A stretch of DNA of 64,000 nucleotides from a virus: the IMG/VR virus record IMGVR_UViG_3300027788_000010, positions 1-64,000 of that record, one strand, 5' to 3'. The position numbers and the translations under genes were made by a program. Position 1 is the first letter of the stretch; every line of letters starts with the position of its first letter. Shown here piece by piece: positions 20,687 to 30,247 of this stretch. The notes beneath the pieces were generated by a model that was given only the letters and a program-made list of their open reading frames with translations, did not search any database and had not been told where the DNA came from.

Positions 20687-21633
20687 TATGGGTTAATAAT
20701 TGTACTAAATTGTTTAGTGAAATCTATCTGGTTACCCCTATCTTGTCTAACCTCAAATAAACTTTCATCAAAATTATCTCTTATTTCAAATAAATTATAT
20801 TGTTTATAAATATTATTTTGTCCGGATAAATCGTACAATGTATACACACCATCATCAATAGATTTAGTCTGATTACCGTAAAGTCCAATCGCTAAAGTTT
20901 CAAAATCGTGGTCTACCATTTCAATATCTAACACTACAGGGTTAAAGTATGTATTTGTAACTATAATATCTTGGTTAGCACTACCAATAAAGGGTATAGC
21001 GTTTGGTTGGTTTGTCGGTGCACTACTAGGTGATACAGTACAAAATATAAGACCTGTAGGTGAGTCCGTATAAACATATCTTGGTGAAACTTTATTTGGG
21101 CTTGATTGGTCGTTAGGTACTCTTTCACAATAGAAACTTGATGTTACTACCCTAAAGAAGTTAGGTATTTTTGTACCAGAACCACCAGCTGACTGTGGTT
21201 TGTTTAAGTACTCAACCCTATACCCAACCAAACCATTATTGGTAAATCTATTTCTGTAAGCTACCGGAACTTGGTTGATGTCAATAACAATCCCTTTGAC
21301 ATTTGGTAGTGCTGCTAATATACCACAATCTAATATTTTAGTTCTGATTTCAACTGGCCTAATATACACAGTGTAGATGCCTTTAGAACTGAAAACCGTA
21401 GATGGTAATGTTAGGTTATATAAACCACCTAATATTTCGGTACCCGCGTTATTATTACCATTAATCGCTGTATTGTTGTTGTGTAAATAAGGTCTTAATA
21501 CTTGTGAGGAAGATAATTTACCTAACGTAAAATTAGTCGTAATATCTCTATTCGGTTGGTAGTGGTAAATGATTTCCACATCTTCTGGTGAAACATCTGC
21601 CGGTCTTTTGATTCCATAATTTCCTAATGCCAT
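20686..21633 (-). CDS. Putative structural protein
   Basis: 315-aa ORF with beta-rich composition, coupled to the next gene by a TAATG overlap at 20686. Confidence 0.55.
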   Translation of the reverse strand: MALGNYGIKRPADVSPEDVEIIYHYQPNRDITTNFTLGKLSSSQVLRPYLHNNNTAINGNNNAGTEILGGLYNLTLPSTVFSSKGIYTVYIRPVEIRTKILDCGILAALPNVKGIVIDINQVPVAYRNRFTNNGLVGYRVEYLNKPQSAGGSGTKIPNFFRVVTSSFYCERVPNDQSSPNKVSPRYVYTDSPTGLIFCTVSPSSAPTNQPNAIPFIGSANQDIIVTNTYFNPVVLDIEMVDHDFETLAIGLYGNQTKSIDDGVYTLYDLSGQNNIYKQYNLFEIRDNFDESLFEVRQDRGNQIDFTKQFSTIINP

Positions 21634-21638
21634 ATTCT

Positions 21639-24449
21639 TTAGTCTTGTGTTATAATATTATAATATCCGTAACCATGAATTTCTAATTCACCTATTGTGG
21701 ATATTTGTGATAGTCTCTGAGGTCTCTCGAAAACGGAAACTTTTCCTCTCTCAATAAATACATCGGAGCGAGTTTCTGGTTTTTGTGAAACATTCATCAA
21801 AAACTCTTCTTTGGTTAGTCTTGGTAGACAATTTTTTATCCTTTCTACAGGGTAAATACACGACCCATCATCTGCTGTCGCGTTTGGGTCGTAATTTAAA
21901 GCTAATGGGTCTGTACAACCATCATCGTTTGTTATTGTAAAACATCCAGGTCTCTGAGAAGCTCCATATACTGGGTTTGGGTCACCTATCGATGGGTATG
22001 GTGTATAATCAATCGTTTCTAACAGACCCACAGTGTTTATTGGTGATGAAAAATCTATAGCTAAGGTGTTTACATCACTAAAAACATATACGTTTGCCTG
22101 TCCTGTGCCGGGTACAAATTCTACAGCGTACCAATTACCGTTAGCGTAGTATCTAAAAGTACCGAATAAATATGGGTGTAGTGGGTATGATTGTACTGTC
22201 GTTTCCGTCCAATTAGTTATCGCACCACTGTAGTAACCCATTGGTGCTCCCCCACCACCATTGGAGAATTTACCTATCTTACCATTCCAACCTCCATTTG
22301 GTCCACTTAGTAATTCGTCAGAATAATTTACTATTAAATTATTTGTTATCGGGTCTATTAAAATATCACCAGTACACCTTCCTTGTGCACCACTAACACC
22401 ATCTATAGATGGGTAGGATGGACTAGGTAAAGAAAACATTTCTGTAACTACTGGACTAACTGGGTTGGTTACGTCTAAATTTAGAATCTTTTCACCAGCA
22501 AATACAATCTCAGTATCATTTTTAGCTGCCATACCCGCACCTAAAGTCATAAATCCGTTTGGTGTTGTACCACCACCAGCTAATCCAGGGTCATAACCTT
22601 CTGTTTGACAAATTGTGGATATATCTATAACTGTTGCTGGTGGGTTTAGTGGTGTTAGTCCGATAGCTATACCCCCAACTGTAAATGTTGGTCCGGTAAA
22701 ATCTATATCATATTCTTTTATAATACCTAACGGTGTAGTACCATCAGTGGAATATAGTAAACTTCCTGTAGCATCAACAACATGACAACTATACAACCAT
22801 AATTTATTTTCTGTGTTTGCTATATCATAAGAACCGGTACCATAACCCAAAACCTCTTCGTTAAATTGTTCTTCTTGGAATAGGAAAGTCATCGTATCTG
22901 GGTTTGTTGGGTCGTACGAATAAACTCTACCTTCTCTATCATTAAAAAAAACTGAACAGTCATCTAAGACTAAGTTAGTACAAACAGATTGACAACTTTG
23001 TAAAGCTATAACACACGAAGGTGCGTCTGTACATGGGTAGGTCGCTGTTTGAACTCCAGCTGCATACATATCCACACACTCATTAAGTGAAGTATTTGAA
23101 TTAAGTTGACATACGTATCCGTTAACACCATTTACTGGGTACGTACAAGTAGTTGGTGCTGTTGATTGTTCTTGAGCTGCTGGGTCATAGTTGGTGGATT
23201 GTTGACAATTAATACCTGGTACACACCCTGACGGGAACGAACTATCGTAAGATAACCCACCGGGGGTTTGTGGACATAAATGTGTACCGTTAGGACAATT
23301 ACCAGATGTGTACATTGGGTCTGGACTTGTCGCCACACAACACCCATCATCCATACACCCCTCAACCGTATACACACAATTACAATCTATTGTCGGTAAT
23401 TTACCTTTAGTTGACCAAACATTGTAAATTTGTGTACAGTCCATAGCGTAATTGTCCGCGGTAACGTCTGTACAACCTTTATAATCACAACAATCATTCC
23501 AAAGAGCTCCTCCTGGTATCACCGGCCAATAACAACCATTAGCACTCCCATCATAATTATCAGCATCTGAATCTGTACAACCTCCATAGTAACAACAAGT
23601 GTTATCCGTAATTAAGTTACCCCCACTAGTTGGTATCGCGTCATTACCTAGACAATCTTTTTGGTTATTTAGTGCCATAGCATCATTACAACCTTTATAA
23701 TCACAACAAGAACCATCAAGTGGGTCTGGTGGTGTACCACAACCATCACTATAGGCCGCGTTATAATTGTCAGCACTACTAAAAGGACACCCTATATGAT
23801 AACAACTACCATCAGGTAAAGTGGCAGTTGGGTCGTAATTTGATGCCGTTGCATCTGTACAACCTAGTATGTGGTTTACACAATCCTGACAATTAGTTGT
23901 AACTACTACTTGAGGGTTTACAGATAGGGAACTTACTAATAAGTCAGTGTTTGGTACTGCACAAGGACAACCAATATAGGGGTTATTTCCACCTTGACCA
24001 TCGTCAAAGTCGCTAGGACATGAGGTGCTCTGATTATTCCAATCACTTTCCGAGGTAACAATATTAACAATTTCGAAACACCCATTAACATCACCATTAC
24101 CAAATACGTCGGACACCACTAGATGGTCACCTATAGAAAATCCTGGACCACCCCCAGCTGGTATGGTTCCGTAATATTCACCACCAGGGATAAACATAGA
24201 ATTGTGAAGTGCGACACAACCCATGGTGGTGGTATCCCAACTACAACCACCACTTTCACAATGACACCCAGTAAAGTCAGTCCAACTACCTGGTGGAAAC
24301 CCTGGTGGTACACTCACCACATTACAACCGGGACCACTACTAACATACATAGCACAGTTTTTTGGTTTAAATCTAACTATAACAGCTTTATCATCCCCAA
24401 TATTACCGTTACCCACATAATCAAAGTTTACTGAATTCCACGCTCCCAT
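21639..24449 (-). CDS. Cys-rich repeat protein (GCTD-x2-A-x-NY...DGSC repeats), probable adhesin or fibre
   Basis: About six repeats such as GCTDATASNYDPTATLPDGSC, GCTDSDADNY, GCTDVTADNY and GCTDPLALNYDPNATADDGSC. The C-terminal tail is Cys-free (TKEEFLMNV...SDVFIERGK). Confidence 0.65.
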   Translation of the reverse strand: MGAWNSVNFDYVGNGNIGDDKAVIVRFKPKNCAMYVSSGPGCNVVSVPPGFPPGSWTDFTGCHCESGGCSWDTTTMGCVALHNSMFIPGGEYYGTIPAGGGPGFSIGDHLVVSDVFGNGDVNGCFEIVNIVTSESDWNNQSTSCPSDFDDGQGGNNPYIGCPCAVPNTDLLVSSLSVNPQVVVTTNCQDCVNHILGCTDATASNYDPTATLPDGSCYHIGCPFSSADNYNAAYSDGCGTPPDPLDGSCCDYKGCNDAMALNNQKDCLGNDAIPTSGGNLITDNTCCYYGGCTDSDADNYDGSANGCYWPVIPGGALWNDCCDYKGCTDVTADNYAMDCTQIYNVWSTKGKLPTIDCNCVYTVEGCMDDGCCVATSPDPMYTSGNCPNGTHLCPQTPGGLSYDSSFPSGCVPGINCQQSTNYDPAAQEQSTAPTTCTYPVNGVNGYVCQLNSNTSLNECVDMYAAGVQTATYPCTDAPSCVIALQSCQSVCTNLVLDDCSVFFNDREGRVYSYDPTNPDTMTFLFQEEQFNEEVLGYGTGSYDIANTENKLWLYSCHVVDATGSLLYSTDGTTPLGIIKEYDIDFTGPTFTVGGIAIGLTPLNPPATVIDISTICQTEGYDPGLAGGGTTPNGFMTLGAGMAAKNDTEIVFAGEKILNLDVTNPVSPVVTEMFSLPSPSYPSIDGVSGAQGRCTGDILIDPITNNLIVNYSDELLSGPNGGWNGKIGKFSNGGGGAPMGYYSGAITNWTETTVQSYPLHPYLFGTFRYYANGNWYAVEFVPGTGQANVYVFSDVNTLAIDFSSPINTVGLLETIDYTPYPSIGDPNPVYGASQRPGCFTITNDDGCTDPLALNYDPNATADDGSCIYPVERIKNCLPRLTKEEFLMNVSQKPETRSDVFIERGKVSVFERPQRLSQISTIGELEIHGYGYYNIITQD

Positions 24450-24476
24450 ATTTATATTTTTTTATTCATTTATCGT

Positions 24477-27400
24477 TTATAGACCACACGGTTCCCAACA
24501 AGTTTGTGATTGTAACCTACTTTGTTGTGGGAATATAGGTGGGCTTATGGTGTATGGTGGGTTATTACAAAGAATCGGTGTTCCGAAATTAGTACTAATA
24601 GCTGTACATGGGTGTGTACCTGTTGGATTTATATTAAAGTCTTCACAATCGTTTATCACACCCGGGTCACCACAGTCAGTCAATCCTACCAAACCATACC
24701 CTGGGTCACACACGGGTGCTGGATTATACCAATATTTATAGTCTTGATTTACTGTCGCTGCACCAGCTGGTAAGGTGATGACAGCGTCATATGGTTGGTA
24801 CCCATTTGGAAGGCCTGGGTCGTATATATGTAATGGATAAGCTGGGCTGGGGTTACTATCACAAGTTGAACACCCACCACCACCAGCACCTGAACTCATA
24901 TAACAGTCTGCTTCACTACCACCAGCGTAAGCGTAATAGATAGCGTTTGAATAATTTATTTGGGTTGAATTGAATCCTCCTTGGGTTTGTGTGTACGTTT
25001 CTTGTGTTGGGTTTACTGGAGTTACAGCGTTTGTAGACACACCCACGAACGTACAAACACCAGCTATACAAACATGATAACTTGGTTCAAAACAATTATC
25101 TTCACAACCTTTAATGTCTATTGTACTAGCTAGTAATGGCATTACCAAACCACCATTTGTAATATCAAAATCTGAACAAAAATTTCCTGGTATTGTTCCG
25201 TCAGCTTGTATAGTACCAGAAACATTTTTAGGTGAACATGAACCATCACTATTACTACAATCCCAAGATAAACAACTTTCTTCACAAGTCGCTCTATCCA
25301 TAAAAGGACCGGGATTACTAGTGTCAGTTATTGCCTGACAAGTTTGTCCACCATAATCACCAGAACCTAAATTTACTTCACTATCTACAGTAACACCAGG
25401 TGAAGACTCATTAGTTTGACAAACACACCTATATGTTAAAACTATATTACCACAATTAATATTACAATCACCAAATGTTGTAAAGGGGGTAGTGTTTGTA
25501 GCACCAACTGGTTGTCCCGTACCTTGTACGTTTGATGTGCAGGCGTCGGTCATACACCACCAATCTAAATCAGGTAGGTTACTACATTGGGAGTAACAGG
25601 TTGTGTAGTCGGCGAAGAAACCTGACACACTTGGAACACAAAGACCATTTTCACAATTATGTCTGTCGTTAGTTGATATACACGATGAATCACAATCAAG
25701 AAAAGCAGTTGGTCCTGAGTACATAGTACCACCATTAGGACCAAATAATGAATTGTAAAACATATTAGATGGTGATATAGGTAAACACGTACCGTTGTTA
25801 CATTCATAATGGATGTCTTGACCTATTATTGGTACACAATTACTTTGGCACTCTATTTGTGCGTTGGATGTTGTGGGTGGGTTACCGACATAGGTTGCTG
25901 TATTATAGTAATTACTAGATGGTAATATAGCAACACAAACACCACCAACACAATTATATCTAGATTCTAAATTGTTAGGTGTGGTACACGAACCTTGACA
26001 AAGTCTCCAAAAACTAGAGTTATTATCGTTTTTATCTGGTTCATTACCAGAATTTATACTAATAACGAAAAAACAACAACCATCATAATAAACAAAATCA
26101 CCTGGTATATATTCATCATCAAAATCCCACTCACCCTTGTTAACTATAACATTTTGTGTGGAGTAAGTTGGGTTGATGTAGTACGATTGGGTACCATAAC
26201 ATAAGTCACAACTTGTTTGTATGCCCATACCACATTCTCTAGTTAATAAATCTTCATCGTTTAGCCCAAACCCTTTAACATCAAAAAGTGTCGTACCATT
26301 TTCATAATCAAACATATCGTAAACCTCCGTACCATTAGTAATGGTGTATGCTGTATACGTGGAGGTAGCGTTAGAAATCCAACCAGTTAAATTATTAGAA
26401 ATAGTACCATCTGGTAATTCTATTTGTCCACCAATAGGTACGATAAATGATGGGCCTTCACTATAACCTACCGGTAGGAAAGCTGAGTTTGTTGTGTTGT
26501 TATATGTTTGGAACGACGATAACATACTTTGTGTAATACCTTGTATTGTGTATGGCGTAGTTGTCCAATTAGAAGTTATATAGTCATTAATGCCCATCCC
26601 AGAATCTAACGGACCCCATTCGGATTCGTTATAATCCATACTGGCCACAGGACCACCATTTACCGGAATCCACGTATATGTTTGTCCTGTATTTACAATG
26701 GTAGACCAAAGAATGTCCGAGGTTACCGAAGGTATCACAATGTTTTTAACCATAGAAGTTACACCCCATGGTGCGGACATCTGTATTGTCACTTCATAGT
26801 TTCCTGGGTTTATGTATGTGTTGGTTGATGTTGTGGTTGGAAAATTTAAAGCTATACTATTACCGTCACCCCAATTTATGAAGTACTCAACACCGTTCAG
26901 GTATTTGAAAAACTCGAATTCTGTCGTATTAGTTATACTAATAAGGTATGGGTTAGTTGTGTCAGCTGTCAGTAAGAAGTTAGAAAAACTATCTTTTTGT
27001 AACACATCACCATCCCATAAACTATACACACCCATATCATTAAAATCATGGTCTAAGAATATAGGTAGGCTACTGTTCATATTATCTCTACCATATCTAT
27101 TACAACAAGCACACTCATCCCTCTGTTGATTACTGTCGTATTTTTTATTATATATCTTTTGTCTAAACGGAAATTCGACGGTCTTAGTATCCCACTTTTC
27201 ATTTTCACACTTCTTACAAAATTCTGCAACCTTACATTTATCTAAGGACCAAAAATCCTCACATAATTGCTCCGCGTCTGGACAACAATTTTCACCATTT
27301 TGACAGCATTCGTTTGGGTACCCATTTAAACACGCTTGGCAGTTTTCATAGTAGTTTTTACTTTTTCTACAACGTGAACAATCGTAATTTGGTATTGTTG

Positions 27401-27587
27401 GTTGAGTTGTTAGACCTTGTAAAGCATTATTATTTATCTCAAATACTTTATTATCTTCGATAGTTGTGGTACTGGATTTTAGTACAGTTTTTTTACCCTT
27501 GGCTCTAACACACTCTGGTGTATTACAACCTTCAGTGTAAACTCCTGGTATGTATCCAGTCCATATTTTATATTTATAAATGTCCAT
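24477..27587 (-). CDS. Cys-rich protein with PKD-like and carbohydrate-binding-like modules
   Basis: INWGDG...TYINPGNYEVT (PKD-like); WDFDDEYIPGDFVYYDG...P...W (CBM5/12-like); about seven (Y/H/W)xC..GxC...CxxxC repeats. Confidence 0.6.
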   Translation of the reverse strand: MDIYKYKIWTGYIPGVYTEGCNTPECVRAKGKKTVLKSSTTTIEDNKVFEINNNALQGLTTQPTIPNYDCSRCRKSKNYYENCQACLNGYPNECCQNGENCCPDAEQLCEDFWSLDKCKVAEFCKKCENEKWDTKTVEFPFRQKIYNKKYDSNQQRDECACCNRYGRDNMNSSLPIFLDHDFNDMGVYSLWDGDVLQKDSFSNFLLTADTTNPYLISITNTTEFEFFKYLNGVEYFINWGDGNSIALNFPTTTSTNTYINPGNYEVTIQMSAPWGVTSMVKNIVIPSVTSDILWSTIVNTGQTYTWIPVNGGPVASMDYNESEWGPLDSGMGINDYITSNWTTTPYTIQGITQSMLSSFQTYNNTTNSAFLPVGYSEGPSFIVPIGGQIELPDGTISNNLTGWISNATSTYTAYTITNGTEVYDMFDYENGTTLFDVKGFGLNDEDLLTRECGMGIQTSCDLCYGTQSYYINPTYSTQNVIVNKGEWDFDDEYIPGDFVYYDGCCFFVISINSGNEPDKNDNNSSFWRLCQGSCTTPNNLESRYNCVGGVCVAILPSSNYYNTATYVGNPPTTSNAQIECQSNCVPIIGQDIHYECNNGTCLPISPSNMFYNSLFGPNGGTMYSGPTAFLDCDSSCISTNDRHNCENGLCVPSVSGFFADYTTCYSQCSNLPDLDWWCMTDACTSNVQGTGQPVGATNTTPFTTFGDCNINCGNIVLTYRCVCQTNESSPGVTVDSEVNLGSGDYGGQTCQAITDTSNPGPFMDRATCEESCLSWDCSNSDGSCSPKNVSGTIQADGTIPGNFCSDFDITNGGLVMPLLASTIDIKGCEDNCFEPSYHVCIAGVCTFVGVSTNAVTPVNPTQETYTQTQGGFNSTQINYSNAIYYAYAGGSEADCYMSSGAGGGGCSTCDSNPSPAYPLHIYDPGLPNGYQPYDAVITLPAGAATVNQDYKYWYNPAPVCDPGYGLVGLTDCGDPGVINDCEDFNINPTGTHPCTAISTNFGTPILCNNPPYTISPPIFPQQSRLQSQTCWEPCGL

Positions 27588-28516
27588 TATGGGTTAACGT
27601 ATTCGTAAAATTTTATTGACGTACCCATACTAGAACCAACTTGTGGTCCAATACCGTCATTACCACTATATGTTGTTAAATCAAATTCGTTAAAAACGTA
27701 AGTAAAATTTATCGGGTCTAATATCATTTGGTAGTAATAGTAGTCTGGTGTGTTAATATTATAAGTATTGTTTGGTTGTACCTTATTTATAAATTTGTGG
27801 GTTTTTCCTGTTTCAGCATTAAAAAACTTACAACTCATATAAAACACATTATAAGGTACCAAATCTCTATTTTTTAACCAATTTATGTAATAATTTTCAG
27901 ATAATTTACCAACAGAAGAAAATTCAAACATTGAAGACTCTACCTTATCATAATAGTATGGTGGTCCTGTTGGTGATGTGGAATTTAAATCCTTTAGTTC
28001 AGCTTCTAAATATGATATATTATCATAATTAATGTTTAATGGGTTATTACTTATTTGTAAATTCCAATCATACGGACCCCCCTTCACAAATGATTTACCG
28101 TTATTTGTCGGGTTTACAACTGAAAAATACAATCTTTGTGTTTGGGGGTTTGGGGTGTCGTAAAAATCAAATTTAAAAAAACTTTTTATAAAGTTAGAGT
28201 TTCGTTCGACGACGTCTTTGTGTGAAATACCAACCGCCATATAGTCTGGTATGTAATCTGTAATTTGACCACTAGTTGTACCACACATATTAAATTGTAT
28301 GTCGTAAAAAATATGTTTATCTGTGTGTGTGGTATCGGGGGAATATCTAGTAGTTTCAAAGTCTTGAGTGATGTTTACATTATCCTGCATTTCTGCTCTT
28401 TCATACAAATTGACTAACTGCTCTCTGCCTAAAGATTCGTCAAAATCAGTAGCAAAAGGTACTGTTATTACATTATCACCACCACCAGTTTTTATTTTTA
28501 TTCTATTCACAGTCAT
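27587..28516 (-). CDS. Hypothetical structural protein
   Basis: Aromatic-rich 309-aa ORF (SFFKFDFYDTP) overlapping both neighbours in the structural operon. Confidence 0.55.
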   Translation of the reverse strand: MTVNRIKIKTGGGDNVITVPFATDFDESLGREQLVNLYERAEMQDNVNITQDFETTRYSPDTTHTDKHIFYDIQFNMCGTTSGQITDYIPDYMAVGISHKDVVERNSNFIKSFFKFDFYDTPNPQTQRLYFSVVNPTNNGKSFVKGGPYDWNLQISNNPLNINYDNISYLEAELKDLNSTSPTGPPYYYDKVESSMFEFSSVGKLSENYYINWLKNRDLVPYNVFYMSCKFFNAETGKTHKFINKVQPNNTYNINTPDYYYYQMILDPINFTYVFNEFDLTTYSGNDGIGPQVGSSMGTSIKFYEYVNP

Positions 28517-30236
28517 CTATCGTTGGTAGTTGTATTATGGGTTTAGGTACGTAGTCTTTATCTATAACTATCGGTACGATTTTAAAGTCTATTGTTGTGT
28601 ATGGATAATGTGCACCATTTACGAATGGGTAATCTACCCCATTAATTTGTGTCTCAAAAAACCCGATTGGTAATGTATCCCTCCACCTCCACAACTCTTC
28701 ATATGTTGAGAATGTCGCGTACTCTGGGACTAGTTGGTAATTTTTACTAACCGATATAGTGTTTGATTTTTCTAAGATGGGTATCCTGTGGTGAGGTTGG
28801 TACTTATACCCACCTTTAATTTCACTAAACGTAGAAAAGTCCACACCGGGGTCAAAGAATAACATACCATTAGTTTCAATATCATTAAATGTTAGTTTGT
28901 GGTAAGATTCTGATATTATTCTTTCTCCTAACTCCCACTGATTATATTCTACAAAAGCCCCAGTAAACGTATCACCACTTTGTGGTAGGTTATAGGGTGT
29001 TAATAAGTTACTTTCTGTGATTGTATTGGGGTATGGGTCAACCTTACCGTCAGGTTTAAAATTCCATGACCAACCTAAACCAGCACAATTACCACCAGTT
29101 TTTGTTTTCCATAAGAATGATTCGTTTACAGCAAAAACACTTAAATATAAATCACTCAACGGTCTACCCAAATTATCGTTATAGTCACTGGTATCTAAAT
29201 CATTATTAAAATTCCACAAATAGGAATTAGTATCTTCTTTTATTACTGTGTGGTCTACACCGTTTGTTGGTGAGTTGTTAGCTTGAAATGACTTGAATTT
29301 TTTAGAATACAGGCTGCTTTCGAAAGCACAATTATCTAATTCATAATTTTCTGGTGTCGATATGATTCTATGGTTATGTACGTAGTATTGTGAAGTGGTT
29401 TCTGTTCTATTTTGTGGGTCTATTAACCTCAAAAACACACCAACATCACCATCGTTAAATATTTGTGATTGCCCATTTAAAATAATATTTATTAATTTAC
29501 TTTCAGACCCATAAGTTTGGTCACCTAAAGAAAAAACCGGTAGTTCGTTACTATTATTTATTGTTGTTACTAAACCACTGTTTATACTAACAACCGAAAC
29601 TGTATTTTGTAATATTATATATTCACCCATATTTAATCCGTGGTCAACTGGGCATACCAGTTGTAAGGCAGATTTACCCTGAATTTTCACATTTTTTACG
29701 TAAAATGGTATCCCATCACTAGCCATAAAAGAAACCCCCTTCTCTAGTCCGGTTGTTTCTTTATCATAATAATACTCCATGGGTATCTGATTATTATGAC
29801 TATCCACGTAGGATTGACATATATACCAATTCTCTCTTGTAGACTCTAATTCAGAATACATATGTGCTGAAGTAAGACCGGTATATGTTAAAAATTTAAA
29901 AAAGTCCGCGGATGGGTACCCACAAGCAACACTATCCCCATCCGATAGTGGTATTGGGTCGTAGTACAGGTTATTCGACATAAAAATAGGGTCGTAAGTA
30001 CAACCGGAAATGATGTTTTCAACCATCGGTTTTAGTTTACCATACAACCTGTAGATGTTGGAGTCTTCTCTTTCTCTAAAATATTGGTCTTGTAGGTTTA
30101 GTACTAAATTTCTATCACCTTCAATCATAGTCCTAGTACTGTTCTCTAAACTATAAGGTATAAATAAATCCTTATCTTGTGAACCAACATATTTTTGTGA
30201 ACCCCTAACTATCCTAATAGTTTCTTGATATCCCAT
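28503..30236 (-). CDS. Hypothetical structural protein
   Basis: 577-aa ORF in the operon with an aromatic C-terminus (WRWRD..GVDYPFVNGAHYP). Confidence 0.55.
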   Translation of the reverse strand: MGYQETIRIVRGSQKYVGSQDKDLFIPYSLENSTRTMIEGDRNLVLNLQDQYFREREDSNIYRLYGKLKPMVENIISGCTYDPIFMSNNLYYDPIPLSDGDSVACGYPSADFFKFLTYTGLTSAHMYSELESTRENWYICQSYVDSHNNQIPMEYYYDKETTGLEKGVSFMASDGIPFYVKNVKIQGKSALQLVCPVDHGLNMGEYIILQNTVSVVSINSGLVTTINNSNELPVFSLGDQTYGSESKLINIILNGQSQIFNDGDVGVFLRLIDPQNRTETTSQYYVHNHRIISTPENYELDNCAFESSLYSKKFKSFQANNSPTNGVDHTVIKEDTNSYLWNFNNDLDTSDYNDNLGRPLSDLYLSVFAVNESFLWKTKTGGNCAGLGWSWNFKPDGKVDPYPNTITESNLLTPYNLPQSGDTFTGAFVEYNQWELGERIISESYHKLTFNDIETNGMLFFDPGVDFSTFSEIKGGYKYQPHHRIPILEKSNTISVSKNYQLVPEYATFSTYEELWRWRDTLPIGFFETQINGVDYPFVNGAHYPYTTIDFKIVPIVIDKDYVPKPIIQLPTIDDCE

Positions 30237-30247
30237 TTAAAATTTTT

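Noticed and set aside
24450-24479. Stop-codon read-through fusing the two in-frame Cys-rich genes
   Set aside because: The 27-nt spacer contains a second in-frame TAA (ACG ATA AAT GAA TAA), so a single read-through cannot join them.
21639-27587. Diversity-generating retroelement target in the adhesin-like genes
   Set aside because: No reverse transcriptase and no near-identical template/variable repeat pair were seen. The repeats are diverged at the protein level.
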